The notes under the pieces are model-generated. The model was not told the DNA's origin. It worked only from the letters and a program-made list of their open reading frames with translations, and searched no databases. Shown in pieces: positions 62,010 through 64,000 of a stretch of DNA of 64,000 nt. The stretch is taken from positions 232,140-296,139 of the forward strand of contig CDRNVI010000008.1 of NCBI GenBank assembly GCA_977017575.1, given 5' to 3'. The position numbers and the translations under genes were made by a program. Within the stretch, counting starts at the first letter, position 1; the number at the start of each line of letters is the position of its first letter. The DNA comes from Paramoeba atlantica. Taxonomy: Eukaryota > Protista > Discosea.

Positions 62010-62830
62010 GAACAACCTAGGGAGTGATAACCTCGCGTTCTGTAAGATGGACCCGCGAAACGCATTTAACAACGTAAATAAAAGACTTTCCAGAGTTATC
62101 GCCATGGGTAGAATGGTGCTCCAAATCCAATCCAAATCATTCCGGATTGCTCCGGACGTTCACTGGCAAGCCAGACCCTTCACAGACAGATTTGGAAGTT
62201 CCGAGGCCGACGTCCTCTACCAGTTTCCGCTTTTCCAAGGCGGCACCAACGTGCTGTTGCCAACACGCTGCGTCGGTGGAAGTATAGGAATATTGCATAA
62301 GTATACGAATATTGCATAAGTATAGGAAAATTGTATAAGATTCCTTCTTATATATAATCCTTCTTAAGGAAGAAGGAGGTTAGAATGGTGCTACTCACAC
62401 CCGAGCGTTCTCACCTACGGAAATCACTTCATATCATCTGCGGAAGGTGTGCAACAGGGCTACCCCCTAGGTCCACTCTTATTCTCCCTAGTCCTCTCGA
62501 ACGCCACCGAACAAATAGCATCACGGGCTAACCTAGACTCGCAGCTCTTTAGTATTTGTATGACGGGATCCTTATGGGGTAGGCGGGTGAAGTCAGAAAG
62601 GCATTGGACGTGTTTTCTGAGTTCGGCCCTAAATGCGGTTTGTTCTAAAATCCAAAAAAGCCCATGTCACTGAACAATTCCCTGAAATCCCAGCGGAGAA
62701 AATCCATGTTGACGGAAACTTTGATATCCTCGGAAGTCCGATTGGATCTGCAGAGCATTGCGCGGAATTCCTTCTCTTAAACGCAATAGAACCAGCATTT
62801 TATTATTTTTTGTGTGATTATTTTTTTTTT
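62010..62830 (+). pseudogene. CRE-clade reverse transcriptase fragment
   Basis: FCKMDPRNAFNNV; across the SINE TSD FPELSPWVEWCYSHPSVLTYGNHFISSAEGVQQGYPLGPLLFSL; later FDILGSPIG. Confidence 0.85.
62121..62380 (-). mobile_element. 5'-truncated SINE (62121-62275) plus 105 nt of extra reiterated sequence inside a 12-bp TSD
   Basis: TSD TAGAATGGTGCT (62109-62120, 62381-62392). The extra sequence includes three copies of a 19-bp unit AGTATAGGAATATTGCATA. Confidence 0.85.
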
Positions 62831-63352
62831 TGTTTTTTTTTAAGGGGGGAGAAGTATGAATCGCGGCATTGCCTCTATATTTTGACCCAGTAGACGAACC
62901 AAGTAGGTCCATTGGGGGGGTATACGAGTTGAAAACAAGCAATCAAATTAGCAATTCTTTTTGTTTCCACAGATGTACCTTTTGTTTTTTCTCAGCCCAA
63001 AACTAGCAATTTAATCTCCCCTAAGTATATACTACAAACAAGAAACAGTAAAAACTAAAACAAGCAATACAGACCCAATCCATTCGCGCGTTCCGGACCG
63101 GGTCTTTCGACCACTCCACGGCCTGACTTGTGAACCCTTCCCTTGCTATATGGGAGGGCGCAGGCGCGGGCCTGTGTCGACAGCGACACGGTCGCGAAAC
63201 AGGATGCTGGCCGACGGGGAGGAGATTCACTACCCGTGTACTACCTCACTTGGGGTACCTAGCCCTCGCGGGCTAGGCGTGAGCATAGACTCTGTCGACC
63301 CGACCAGCACCCGTGGCCTATGTCACCACCATAGGATCCGTTGGGTCCGACA

Positions 63353-64000
63353 CTATCCTTCCGTGATGGGCTCGTTCGGGTCGGGCACAGCCATGCGTGT
63401 AACCATCATACGAGCCTGTGCTCGCATGAGGGTCACATTCAATTCGGCATACAATTTATTTGTAGCCTGCTCTTCCGTAAGGGTCCCATTTGAGGCCTGT
63501 GCCCGCCTCTTTCCGACTCCCTTTAGAACGGACGTTGCGCTCACGCTCCAGGAGCCATAGCTCTCTACCACCATGGCTGTGAATTCATGGCCTGCTTCCT
63601 CAGCCTCCAACCGTTGGTGCACCTTTTTTTCCGCGGCGTAGTGCTCGGCGAATGATCCTGCAGCTACCCAGCTAGCGTTACGAACTTTGTCCGTGTATTT
63701 AGTTTGCTGAGCGTGGGTAACTGCAAAATCAAGGACCATGCCTTTAGCCTTGGAATACGTGGGGAGAAACACATCGCCTGGCCTGGTGAGCCCCCCTCCG
63801 GGACCTCGATTGCCAAGACTGTGCTCTCGTTGGGGTGCCAAAGAGGCATGCCCGCAGAAGGAGGAAAAATGTTCAACCAGGGAATTGTGCCGGTTTATTA
63901 TACCTTGTCCATGTTTGCACACGAGTGCGTGATCCCCTTCAGGACCCAGAGGGAGTTTGCATTCATCCGAGGGACATGGACGAGTTTCTCCGTATACATC
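63353..64000 (-). CDS. C-terminus of a CRE-clade non-LTR retrotransposon ORF: CCHC knuckle plus restriction-like endonuclease (runs off the window)
   Basis: CPSDECKLPLGPEGDHALVC, RHNSL, RPGDV, LDFAV, AAEKK, FTAMVVESYGSW. Confidence 0.9.
   Translation of the reverse strand, partial: DVYGETRPCPSDECKLPLGPEGDHALVCKHGQGIINRHNSLVEHFSSFCGHASLAPQREHSLGNRGPGGGLTRPGDVFLPTYSKAKGMVLDFAVTHAQQTKYTDKVRNASWVAAGSFAEHYAAEKKVHQRLEAEEAGHEFTAMVVESYGSWSVSATSVLKGVGKRRAQASNGTLTEEQATNKLYAELNVTLMRAQARMMVTRMAVPDPNEPITEG

Overview
This is eukaryotic repeat-dense DNA with no recognisable host housekeeping gene. A 29.5-kb unidirectional 18-bp satellite (19812-49357, about 1,640 units of TTAATACAAAAAGTGATC) fills the middle. 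It is fused to the 5' end of an APE-RT-RNase H non-LTR retrotransposon, and a second copy of that retrotransposon carries two units of the same 18-mer at the same junction (61975-62009). The flanks are nested transposons: a complete IS30-like element (TIRs, TSD, decayed DDE transposase) inside a no-TSD rolling-circle (Helitron2/Helentron-like) element, itself inside a TA-flanked TIR element. Also present are a pogo element, a hAT derivative, MITEs, about 10 tRNA-derived SINE insertions, Helitron Rep remnants and CRE-clade retrotransposon fragments. Two 5S rRNA-like copies and a spliced-leader-like relic point to a kinetoplastid/diplonemid-type (euglenozoan) host; that comparison is from recalled sequences and needs checking. 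The giant ORFs in the track are artefacts of the repeats. All calls were made by eye, with no database search.
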